Below are positions 18,440 to 26,767 of a DNA stretch of 32,000 nt, piece after piece (position 1 is the stretch's first letter; every line of letters starts with the position of its first letter). The DNA is taken from assembly GCA_026625185.1 (NCBI GenBank), contig CP113000.1, positions 1,605,622 through 1,637,621 on the forward strand, read 5' to 3'. This stretch comes from Thermodesulfobacteriota bacterium. GTDB lineage: Bacteria > Desulfobacterota > WTBG01 > JAGOGO01. The position numbers and the translations under genes were made by a program. Below the pieces are notes generated by a model. That model saw nothing but the letters and a program-made list of their open reading frames with translations. It made no database searches and had not been told where the DNA came from.

Positions 18440-20968
18440 ATGGCAAAAAAAACCCAAAGCAATTCCGGTAAGAAAAAAACGAGAAACGAACCGTTGCCTA
18501 ACGGCACCGGTCATGGCACGGCAAGGCCAAAACTTTTATCGGAGTTTCTCCGGCATCTTTACTACACGCAGGGAAGGGTTCTTGAGACAGCAACGCCGAA
18601 CGATCTGTATATGGCACTTGCTAAAACCGTTCGCGATCAACTCCTCGAACGCTGGTTGCACACAATCCAAAATTACAATAAGCCCGGTGTTCGAATTGTG
18701 AGTTATCTGTCGGCAGAATTTCTCCTCGGACCCCAGCTTGAGAATAATTTGATCAATCTGTGCATGTATGATGAGGCGAGCCGTGCTATGGAAAATCTTG
18801 GGTTGGATCTTAAAAAAATTATTGAACAAGAAGAAGAACCGGGGCTGGGAAACGGAGGTCTGGGCAGGCTGGCAGCCTGTTATCTGGATAGCCTTGCCAC
18901 CCTTGAAATTCCCGCCGTGGGCTATGGAATCCGCTACGAATTCGGGATTTTTGATCAGGTTATCCGGGATGGTTGGCAGTTTGAATTTACTGACGAGTGG
19001 CTTCGGTTGGGTAACCCCTGGGAGATCCACCGGCCGGAAATCGCTTACCATGTCAAATTCGGTGGACATACCGAAGCCGATTACGATGATCAGGGACATT
19101 ATCGCGTGCGATGGATTCCCGGGCGCGAGGTAAAAGGAACGGCCTACGATACTCCCATCGCCGGGTACCAAGTTAACACCTGCAATACCTTGCGGCTGTG
19201 GAAGGCAGAGGCAGTGGAGTCTTTTGACTTTCAGGAATTTAATGTGGGGGACTATTATGGTGCGGTGAATGAGAAGGTCATCTCCGAGACGCTTACCAAA
19301 GTGCTCTATCCCAATGACGAGCCCGAAGTCGGCAAAAAACTCAGACTCGCTCAGCAATATTTCTTTGTCTCCTGTTCCCTCCAAGACATGTTGAGGTTAC
19401 ACCGCCTGATGGGAAGGAAACCGGAGACCTTTCCTGAGAAAATCGCCATACAACTTAACGACACTCATCCCTCCATCGCAGTGGCCGAAATGATGAGACT
19501 TTTGGTGGACGAATACCAGATCGCATGGGAACACGCGTGGAATGTGACCCAAAGCACTTTCGGTTATACAAACCATACCTTGCTTCCCGAGGCCCTGGAA
19601 ACGTGGCCCCTCACCTTGTTTGAGAGCCTTCTTCCCAGGCACCTTGAGATTATCTACGAGATCAATCGAAGGTTTTTGGACCACGTTCGTGTAAAATACC
19701 CGGGTGACGATCAGCGGTGCAGCCGAATGTCTTTGATCGATGAGAGAGGGGAGCGGTATGTGCGGATGGCCAACCTGGCCAGTGTGGGCAGTCATGCCAT
19801 CAACGGGGTGGCAGAACTTCACAGCGAGTTGCTAAAAAGGGAGGTCCTTCGGGACTTCTATGAATTCATGCCGCAAAAGTTTGCCAACGTAACCAACGGG
19901 GTGACCCCACGACGGTTCCTGGTGGTGAGCAATCCAAAGCTGAGCCGTCTCATTAACAGCAAGATCGGCAACGGCTGGATCAAAAATCTGAAGGAAATGA
20001 GCGCCCTTGAACCCTTTGCCGGGGATCCGGATTTTCAGAAAGCGTGGCAGAGGATCAAGAGGGAAAACAAGCAAGACCTTGCTGCCTTGATTCAGGAGCG
20101 CACAGGAATTTCGGTCGATGCAGATTCCCTTTTCGATATCCAGGTGAAACGGCTCCATGAATATAAGCGTCAACATCTGAATGTCCTTCACATCATCACC
20201 CTTTACAACCGAATTAAACGTGACTTGACGACCAAGGTAATCCCCCGTACGTACATCTTCGGAGGCAAGGCTGCGCCGGGCTACTTCATGGCTAAGCTGA
20301 TAATAAAGCTCATTAACGAAGTAGGAAAGATTGTCAATAACGATCCTGATGTTGCCGGCCGCCTGAAGGTGGTTTTCTTTCCGGACTTTAACGTGACGAA
20401 TGCTAAATACATATATCCGGCCGCCGACCTTTCGGAACAGATCTCAACAGCGGGCAAAGAGGCATCCGGAACCGGCAATATGAAATTTTCTCTCAACGGC
20501 GCGCTAACCATCGGAACCCTCGACGGCGCCAACATTGAGATCCGGGAGGAGGTGGGAGCAGATAACTTTTTTCTCTTCGGCCTTACCGCGGAGCAGGTCT
20601 ACGAGCTGAAGGTTAAAGGCTACCGCCCGAAAGAGTATTATAATTCCGATCCAGAGCTTCGAGAGGTCGTGGATCAAATTTATTCCGGATTTTTTTCTGC
20701 CGGTGATAAAAACCTTTTCAAACCCTTAGTCGATTCTTTATTGTATGGCGATCCTTTTCTCTTGTTCGCCGATTATCGCTCGTATGTTGAAGCCCAGGAG
20801 TTGGTGAGCCTCGCTTACCAGGATCAAGCCAAATGGACGCGGAGGTCGATCCTCAATGTGGCCCGGATTGGTAAGTTCTCCTCGGATCGCTCCATCCAGG
20901 AGTACTGTGAAAAAATTTGGAAAGCCCACCCCCTCCCGGTTGAACTCGGTAAGTACAGAATTGAATAA
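18440..20968 (+). CDS. glgP: Glycogen/alpha-glucan phosphorylase
   Basis: 842-aa ORF with EPGLGNGGLGRLAAC, TNHTLLPEALE and the PLP-lysine block EASGTGNMKFSLNGALTIGTLDGANIE. Confidence 0.97.
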   Translation: MAKKTQSNSGKKKTRNEPLPNGTGHGTARPKLLSEFLRHLYYTQGRVLETATPNDLYMALAKTVRDQLLERWLHTIQNYNKPGVRIVSYLSAEFLLGPQLENNLINLCMYDEASRAMENLGLDLKKIIEQEEEPGLGNGGLGRLAACYLDSLATLEIPAVGYGIRYEFGIFDQVIRDGWQFEFTDEWLRLGNPWEIHRPEIAYHVKFGGHTEADYDDQGHYRVRWIPGREVKGTAYDTPIAGYQVNTCNTLRLWKAEAVESFDFQEFNVGDYYGAVNEKVISETLTKVLYPNDEPEVGKKLRLAQQYFFVSCSLQDMLRLHRLMGRKPETFPEKIAIQLNDTHPSIAVAEMMRLLVDEYQIAWEHAWNVTQSTFGYTNHTLLPEALETWPLTLFESLLPRHLEIIYEINRRFLDHVRVKYPGDDQRCSRMSLIDERGERYVRMANLASVGSHAINGVAELHSELLKREVLRDFYEFMPQKFANVTNGVTPRRFLVVSNPKLSRLINSKIGNGWIKNLKEMSALEPFAGDPDFQKAWQRIKRENKQDLAALIQERTGISVDADSLFDIQVKRLHEYKRQHLNVLHIITLYNRIKRDLTTKVIPRTYIFGGKAAPGYFMAKLIIKLINEVGKIVNNDPDVAGRLKVVFFPDFNVTNAKYIYPAADLSEQISTAGKEASGTGNMKFSLNGALTIGTLDGANIEIREEVGADNFFLFGLTAEQVYELKVKGYRPKEYYNSDPELREVVDQIYSGFFSAGDKNLFKPLVDSLLYGDPFLLFADYRSYVEAQELVSLAYQDQAKWTRRSILNVARIGKFSSDRSIQEYCEKIWKAHPLPVELGKYRIE

Positions 20969-20999
20969 TACCTAATTATGGAGACGGTTATAAAAATAC

Positions 21000-21284
21000 G
21001 TGGAGAGCTTTCTTCCCTGCTGGCATGACCTGATTGCGCCCACGGTGCGCTCAGGAAAGCGAGTCCTCATTGCTGTCCACGGGAATAGTTTGAGGGCTCT
21101 GGTGAAGTATCTTGACAACATTCCTGATGATGTAATCCCTGAGGTCAATATTTCCACCGGGATGCCTCTGGTTTACGAGCTGGAGGACGATCTGAGGCCG
21201 ATTCGAAACTATTATCTTGGCGATCCTGAAAAAGTGAAAAAGGCAATGGAAGCTATCGCCAGCCAAGGCAACGTTAAGAAGTAA
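21000..21284 (+). pseudogene. gpmA: 3' remnant (about 94 codons) of 2,3-bisphosphoglycerate-dependent phosphoglycerate mutase
   Basis: [75 protein letters not shown] aligns with E. coli GpmA from about residue 160 to its end. The N-terminal two thirds, including the RHGES catalytic His, are absent. A TAA lies three codons upstream, and the remnant starts 31 nt after the glgP stop. Confidence 0.85.
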
Positions 21285-21316
21285 ATTCGATACTACTATT
21301 GAAGGAGAAAAGAGCA

Positions 21317-21760
21317 ATGAAAATTTTGAGCACCCCGCGTATGGAACGATGCATTGGTTGTCACTCCTGCTCCCTGGCCTGCGCCCGTTTGGTGTATAAG
21401 CATCTATCCTGGAATACTGCGGGGATTCGTATTCATTCGACGGGCGGTCTTTCTACCGGATTTGAGGCCAAGCCTTGTCTGGCCTGTAATCCGGCGCCAT
21501 GTGCCATGGCCTGCCCTACTGGTGCCTTTTCACAGCGAAATGGGGGTGGTGTGGTGGTCAATAAGAAGCTGTGCATTCGTTGCGGAGCCTGTGCCGAGAC
21601 TTGCCCGGTGGATGCCATCTACCTGGATTCGTCCGGTGAACCCTTTGTCTGCATTCAGTGCGGTCGTTGTGTGCAATTCTGTCCTCATGACTGCCTTGAA
21701 ATGGTCGAGGTTCCGACCCATGCGACACTGGACGAGGGACAAAAGGAGGTGGGAGTATGA
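21317..21760 (+). CDS. Polyferredoxin-like electron-transfer subunit with four Cys clusters (AorA/YdhY-like)
   Basis: Contains CIGCHSCSLAC, CLACNPAPCAMACP, CIRCGACAETCP and CIQCGRCVQFCP. The ATG at 21317 follows an AAGGAG. Its stop overlaps the AOR start (ATGA). Confidence 0.85.
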   Translation: MKILSTPRMERCIGCHSCSLACARLVYKHLSWNTAGIRIHSTGGLSTGFEAKPCLACNPAPCAMACPTGAFSQRNGGGVVVNKKLCIRCGACAETCPVDAIYLDSSGEPFVCIQCGRCVQFCPHDCLEMVEVPTHATLDEGQKEVGV

Positions 21761-23550
21761 TCCGGGATTGTTTCCGAGTACTCAAGGTTGATCTTTACAC
21801 CGGCAGGGGTTATATCGAAGAGATCGAAGGCCGCAATACTTATGCGGGAGGAAGCGGCCTGGCAGCGTTTTTGTTCAGCCAGCTGGGCTTTTTGGACCGA
21901 AGCTGGGATGATCCAGAACAGCCTTTGATTTTCACGATCGGACCACTCACGGGATACTTCCCGCTTATGAGCAAGGTGGTCTGCGCTTTTAAATCACCTT
22001 ACCACGATCAATATGCCGAGAGCCACGGGGGGGGGCGGTCGGCCTTGTCTCTCCGTTTTGCCGACCTGGATGCTCTGGTGATCACCGGAAAGGCCAAACA
22101 TCCGAGTTGTCTGGTGATAGGATCCAGGACTTTGGAATTAAACGACGTGCATTATCTCTGGGGAAAAACGGTACAGAGAACCGGTCAAATTTTGCGCCAA
22201 ATGGCGGGTGGCTCCGGACACCGGTCTATTCTTCGGATTGGACCGGCGGGAGAGAACCGGTCGGCCATGGCCTGTATCAACGTGGATACTTACCGCCATT
22301 TCGGACGTCTCGGGGGTGGAGCGGTTATGGGCGCCAAGAACCTTAAAGCTATCGTGATCGTGGGCGACGAATCGTTCGACCTCCCCCCCGGCAAGGAGTA
22401 TACCCAGCTCTTCCAGAAGATCTACCAGCAGCTCACCGAAACGAGCATGATGGACAAATATCACAACCTGGGGACGCCCATCAACGTGGGGGTGCTGAAC
22501 GGGATCCAGGCAATGCCGTGCCGGAACCTCCAGCGCACCAGCGACGAAAGCATTTCCGGCATCACTGGAGAGACCTTTGCCGATCGCGCACTTCTGCGTA
22601 ACACCGCCTGTGCGGGATGCCCGGTCGGGTGCATTCACCTTGGGTTCGTGCGGGAAAAATTCAAGGAACCGAACGAGTATCTCTACCGCCAGGTCACCTA
22701 TGACCATGAACCCATCTTTGCCATGGGTGCTATGTTAAGCGTGCTGGATGCCTTTCAGGTTCTGACCCTCCTGGAAGCCTCGGAAAAAGTAGGACTGGAT
22801 GTAATGTCCGCTGGAGTGGCCTTGGCTTGGGCCACGGAGGCTTTTGAAAAGGGTCTCATTTCAGAAAAGGAGACCTTGATACCGCTGAAATTCGGTGAAG
22901 CCGAAGCCTATTCCCAGGCGGTGAAACACCTGGGTACAGGTGCCAACGATTTTTACCGGTTGTTAGCCCAAGGGACACTTAAGGCGGCAGAACAATACGG
23001 GGGTATGGAGTTCGCCTGTGTCCTCGGTCAAGAGATGGCGGGATATGCTACCGGTGAAGTATTTTTCATCTCCCAAGCGCTGGGACTGCGTCATTCCCAT
23101 TTGGACGCCGGAGGATATTCGTACGATCAGAAGCAAAAAGGAAAAGATGTGGCCCAGGCAGTGGAGTTTTTGGTTCAGGACGAAAAGGCGCGGGTTTTTC
23201 TCACTTCCATGGTCTCCTGCCTCTTCGCCCGGGAAGTTTACCAAGAAGATACGTTGGTCGATTGCCTTAACGCCGTGGGGTATCAGAGTTTGGCCGAAAA
23301 TGTTGACTCCGTCTCACGGAGGATCCAACAAATGCGCTGGCAAATGCGGATAAGAACCGGGTTTGACCCAGAATCCGTAAAGATTCCCGAGCGGTTCAAA
23401 GAGGTGGTAACCTGGAGGGGTGCCATGGATAAGAATTACCTGGATTCTTTGCAGAAGGTTTACACTAAAAGGATACTGGAGATGGCCAAATTGGAGAAAA
23501 GCGTTTTACCCAGAAAGGAGGGAATTAGAAAGGAGGACGAGCATGCCTAA
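21757..23550 (+). CDS. aor: Aldehyde:ferredoxin oxidoreductase family protein (tungsten/molybdopterin AOR)
   Basis: 597-aa ORF with N-terminal GGSGLAAFL, the [4Fe-4S] motif CAGCPVGCIH and an overall length typical of AOR. It is translationally coupled to the upstream ferredoxin. Confidence 0.9.
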   Translation: MIRDCFRVLKVDLYTGRGYIEEIEGRNTYAGGSGLAAFLFSQLGFLDRSWDDPEQPLIFTIGPLTGYFPLMSKVVCAFKSPYHDQYAESHGGGRSALSLRFADLDALVITGKAKHPSCLVIGSRTLELNDVHYLWGKTVQRTGQILRQMAGGSGHRSILRIGPAGENRSAMACINVDTYRHFGRLGGGAVMGAKNLKAIVIVGDESFDLPPGKEYTQLFQKIYQQLTETSMMDKYHNLGTPINVGVLNGIQAMPCRNLQRTSDESISGITGETFADRALLRNTACAGCPVGCIHLGFVREKFKEPNEYLYRQVTYDHEPIFAMGAMLSVLDAFQVLTLLEASEKVGLDVMSAGVALAWATEAFEKGLISEKETLIPLKFGEAEAYSQAVKHLGTGANDFYRLLAQGTLKAAEQYGGMEFACVLGQEMAGYATGEVFFISQALGLRHSHLDAGGYSYDQKQKGKDVAQAVEFLVQDEKARVFLTSMVSCLFAREVYQEDTLVDCLNAVGYQSLAENVDSVSRRIQQMRWQMRIRTGFDPESVKIPERFKEVVTWRGAMDKNYLDSLQKVYTKRILEMAKLEKSVLPRKEGIRKEDEHA

Positions 23551-23665
23551 GGCAAAAGTATTTATATATTTGGAACCGAACCTGAAGCTGGGAAATCCAT
23601 GATCTTGCTTGGGGTCATGGAATTTCTCTCCCGCCGGGTGGAAAGACTTGGCTTTTTTCGTCCAC
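23543..23665 (+). pseudogene. Frameshifted 5' stub of a Pta-type (BioD-like/AAA_26 N-terminal domain) gene
   Basis: AGGAGGA (23531-23537) precedes an ATG at 23543 that overlaps the AOR stop. The translation is MPKAKVFIYLEPNLKLGNP*, then after a frame change at about 23597-23600 MILLGVMEFLSRRVERLGFFRP. Together these resemble the phosphate acetyltransferase N-terminus LYI.ATE..SGKS.VVLG.M.LL.R...KV.FFRPI. Homology ends at the IS630 fragment. Confidence 0.4.
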
Positions 23666-24043
23666 ACATGACACCATCGCTTTATCGGGAGGATTCAGAT
23701 ACAAGCCGACAATATCTCTAGCTTTTTCTACAAAGAAGTGGTCAGTCGAGAGTTTAAAATGACGTTGTCGATGGGGTTGAAGCCCAAAGGCTTGCCAAAT
23801 CCGATGCACAGTGGGACGGGATAATTTGGTCTCCTTGGCTAGGGAACGAAACGTCCAATGAGTCCTATCTTGAGATTTGGTTGGAAGGGTTTTACGAATA
23901 AGCATGGCAACTTTTTCATCTGAAATTGATCGAGGCCGACCAGGCGCAGCATCTCTGTAAAGCAGTCGGATGACGGTAGTGAAGATTAATCTCCCTAAAA
24001 TATCACGGCAAAGGTTCGGTGACTTGTTTTTGTTCGTCTTCAC
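23615..24043 (-). mobile_element. IS630-family transposase fragment (truncated, non-functional)
   Basis: APGRPRSI...THWTFRSLAKETKLSRPTVHRIWQAFGLQPHRQRHFKLSTDHFFVEKARDIVGLYLNPPDKAMVSCVDEKSQ is the conserved IS630 N-terminal/linker region up to the first catalytic D. The rest of the DDE domain (about 200 aa) is missing and the N-terminal HTH region looks degenerate. Confidence 0.8.
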
Positions 24044-24216
24044 GTCAGTGGAGTTGGTCCTGTTCTTTTATTTGACCCATCGCAGATTGGATTTATGTCT
24101 CAGAGCATCTCCTGGTTCTGGGGATTGCCCTTACGAGGCTCCCCCCAAAGGTGCGGGATCACTCGTTGTCTTCCAGTATTGCCGTCATTGTGGCCTAAAC
24201 CTACCCCTATGCCCAG

Positions 24217-24594
24217 GTGGTGTATCTAGGATGGGTTCACGGCAACCCGGCATGGCCCGCGGGTGGTCTGGTGCTGGTGACCTTCGGGGCGTGTCTGAGC
24301 TTTGCCAGCCTCATTAGTCTGGGCAGATGGTTCGCCGTTTGGCCCGCCTTGCGGGGTCTGGCAACAAGAGGCCCATACCGCCTTGTCCGCCATCCGATGT
24401 ATCTGGCCTATGTGCTTACGGACATTGGGTATAACCTCTATGAATATAATTTCGGCACAGTACTGCTGGTGATTACGGGATGGACATCCCTCTTTTACCG
24501 CATCCATGCCGAAGAGCGGATGCTCTCTCACGATGTCGGATGGTCTGGCTACCTTGCCTTGGTGTTTTACCGTCTTCTTCCCGGCCTTTGGTAG
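24217..24594 (+). CDS. ICMT/PEMT-like membrane methyltransferase family protein, probably 5'-disrupted
   Basis: Contains GPYRLVRHPMYLAYVLTDIGYNL and RIHAEERML motifs and TM helices. The GTG start lies only 7 codons after an in-frame TAA (24196-24198). About 40 family-like codons precede it (24077-24195) with no start codon. Confidence 0.6.
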   Translation: MVYLGWVHGNPAWPAGGLVLVTFGACLSFASLISLGRWFAVWPALRGLATRGPYRLVRHPMYLAYVLTDIGYNLYEYNFGTVLLVITGWTSLFYRIHAEERMLSHDVGWSGYLALVFYRLLPGLW

Positions 24595-24688
24595 GCGGCG
24601 GGCAAGAGGAAAGAGGGATGTTTTCTATTAAATATCCTCCTTGATTATAGGATGGTTATCATTCTTTTCGTATCCTTTCGCAAAGAGA

Positions 24689-24727
24689 ACTCCCCCCTTC
24701 TCTTGTTAACAGAGAAAAGGGGGGAGT
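24689..24727. terminator. Strong GC hairpin between the convergent ICMT-like gene and the 155-aa gene
   Basis: ACTCCCCCCTTCTCT (24689-24703) - loop TGTTAAC - AGAGAAAAGGGGGGAGT (24711-24727), about 15 bp with a 2-nt bulge. Flanking U-tracts are weak. Confidence 0.45.
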
Positions 24728-24919
24728 GGTAAGCATTCTTAAAAATTATAAGGATTAATTGCAATAGGAGCCCGGCGTAAAAAGAACCTCAGGATAAGAT
24801 TGGCGATGTCACTCCCGCCGTCGAGTAGTATCGGCCAAAATATTCTGATGGTTGATTCTTCGGCATTCTATCCATTTCGTTCACACCACCTTTGATGAAC
24901 TCCATTAATTAATTATCTT

Positions 24920-25387
24920 TTATTTTACCAGGGGAATATTATCGGCTAAATCATAGCGTTTTACTGCCTGGATTTTGTTTTCCAGCTGATAGTACCGGGC
25001 GACCTTTTTTGCCGGAAGTACGGCGCTGAATTTGGGCAAATATGATGTTTTCAGCTGGAGCATTTCTTTTTCCAAGGATAAATTTTTTTTCAAAAGCTCG
25101 TCTGCTTTTTTATCCGTTAGGGTTTCAAAGTTTTTTGCATAGTCAAGAATCAAATCACCAATTTTTTGATTGATTTTTTCCAGGTCCGTCTGATAACGGT
25201 CATACACGGGCCAGAATTTAGCATCTTCAGCTTGGGTTAGTTGCATATTAACCGCAATAAACGCCCGCTTTTGGGCCTTAAGTGCGTCCCGCACTGAATC
25301 CATGGTATTCTTGGTAACTTCCTGGGCAAAAGCAGGAATAGCGATCAGGCAAATGACCATCACCACAATTATTTTTTTTAATCTCAT
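24920..25387 (-). CDS. Exported all-helical protein, unknown function (weak Spy/CpxP LTxxQ-like resemblance)
   Basis: 155-aa ORF with an AAGGAG RBS and signal peptide MRLKKIIVVMVICLIAIPAFA/QE. The rest is heptad-like and K/E-rich, including LTQAEDAKFWPVYDRYQ. Confidence 0.6.
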   Translation of the reverse strand: MRLKKIIVVMVICLIAIPAFAQEVTKNTMDSVRDALKAQKRAFIAVNMQLTQAEDAKFWPVYDRYQTDLEKINQKIGDLILDYAKNFETLTDKKADELLKKNLSLEKEMLQLKTSYLPKFSAVLPAKKVARYYQLENKIQAVKRYDLADNIPLVK

Positions 25388-25547
25388 GGGCAGCTCCTTT
25401 CATGTTTTAAATATCTTGTTAAATCCAGACAAATCTTTGATTATTCCACCTTAATGAACCCGGAACACGTTTTGTCGTATTTCCGGTAAGATAGTAAGAA
25501 ATGTCTGTTGCTACTTAAGTACGTTGAGTTCATCGCGACCGTTGCTT

Positions 25548-25787
25548 TCAATCGTCGTGAGTATCCCACTCATCCTTACAATTCTCGAGGCAACTTTTTA
25601 AATCAGCTTCTGCCTGATCAAGGCAGTCCTGAAGCTCGTCAGGTTGTTTATTTTCTGGGTTATTGTATTGTGTCTGGCATTCTTGTGTTGCCCTTTCATA
25701 ATCCAGATCGCAATCATGTTTGCAATCAGCTCGGGCATTGAATGCCCAAAAGAGAACGACCATAGCAAAAACAAGTAGCACTCTCAT
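25548..25787 (-). CDS. Small exported acidic six-cysteine protein
   Basis: An AGGAGG RBS lies 6 nt before the ATG at 25787. The signal peptide is MRVLLVFAMVVLFWAFNARA/DC. The mature part of about 59 aa has Cys spacing C-x3-C-x10-C-x17-C-x10-C-x3-C. The longest ORF starts at 25847. Confidence 0.5.
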   Translation of the reverse strand: MRVLLVFAMVVLFWAFNARADCKHDCDLDYERATQECQTQYNNPENKQPDELQDCLDQAEADLKSCLENCKDEWDTHDD

Positions 25788-26247
25788 ATGATACCTCCTA
25801 TAAATTAAGTTTATTTTGGGTTGAGAGACAAAAAACCATTCAACCATCTCTATAAGTGCCCCCTCCTAATTGAATCCTAAGGTAATCTTTGTTGGTGATG
25901 GACTAAAAAATCACAAAAAAATATACTACCTTCTTCGACGTTTGCTGTATGGTTAAACTTTTTAAGCTAAAGAAAATTTACTTTATCGGGTGATGATTAA
26001 ATATCATCTGTTTAGAAGAATCTCCATATGTAATTTTTAAATATATCAAATTGGAGCAAAAAATAAAGGTTTTATGCAACTCCTCCATGGTAGGATTTTT
26101 ATGACCATCCATAATTTTTTAAAAATTATTTCAATATGTTATCCTTAGATAGCCGGTTATTATTCGCACCACCCTAACCTTATATTTCGTCAGAAAAATA
26201 GCATTTCTCTCCTGAGCCTCTCCTCTGGTGATGGAAAAGAGGCCATT

Positions 26248-26720
26248 CTACTGCACGCCAGCGTGCTCGTAAAGGATGCGACGCACCTCCTCAATGGTTT
26301 GGGGGTTTGCCTGCTCAAACGGTACCTTAAACCGGTTATCCCAGAAATGAGTGCCGCTATTTACCTCCGTCATATTGGTGAGGAATCCCACCCGTGGCTG
26401 GGTCCGATGACTACCATCTGGCGCAAGGATGGATTCTTGCCTGTGGGGTCAAGTTCCCTGACGGCTTTCTCTATCCCCTCCTGCAAATATATTGCTGAAA
26501 GGGCAGCACCAATCCCTTCTTTGCGAGAGCGGTTCCGAAACCACCATATCTCCAAACCATCAACGGAAACGAAGTTGGTGAGCCGGTATTCGCCAACACT
26601 GCGTAAACATTCTGCACTTTTACCTCGGGAATAGTTTCCATTACGATTCGTTCTACCTTCACGATCGAACATAAACCTCAAATATAGACCATCTTTGAAT
26701 CCGGGCTGGCCGTTCTCCAC
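26248..26720 (-). pseudogene. GNAT-family N-acetyltransferase, apparently split by one frameshift
   Basis: Frame A (26720-26370) carries motif A WWFRNRSRKEGIGAALSAIYLQEGIEKA. Frame B (about 26446-26248) continues with ...RVGFLTNMTEV...EEVRRILYEHAGVQ*. The combined length of about 157 aa is typical of a GNAT. The frames overlap between 26370 and 26446. Confidence 0.4.
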
Positions 26721-26767
26721 AGATCCCCCTTCAACACCGGGACCTGTGACTCCGAGAGCACTGGGTG

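Noticed and set aside
18536-20191. Several minus-strand ORFs (282, 141 and 119 aa) inside glgP
   Set aside because: They are antisense shadow ORFs within a strongly supported 842-aa glycogen phosphorylase gene.
21354-21791. 145-aa alternative-frame ORF over the ferredoxin gene
   Set aside because: It is a frame-shifted reading of the same strand. The Cys-cluster frame (21317-21760) has the RBS, the four ferredoxin motifs and translational coupling to aor.
26263-26634. 123-aa plus-strand ORF
   Set aside because: It is antisense to the GNAT-like sequence, which carries a recognisable motif A, and has no RBS or similarity.
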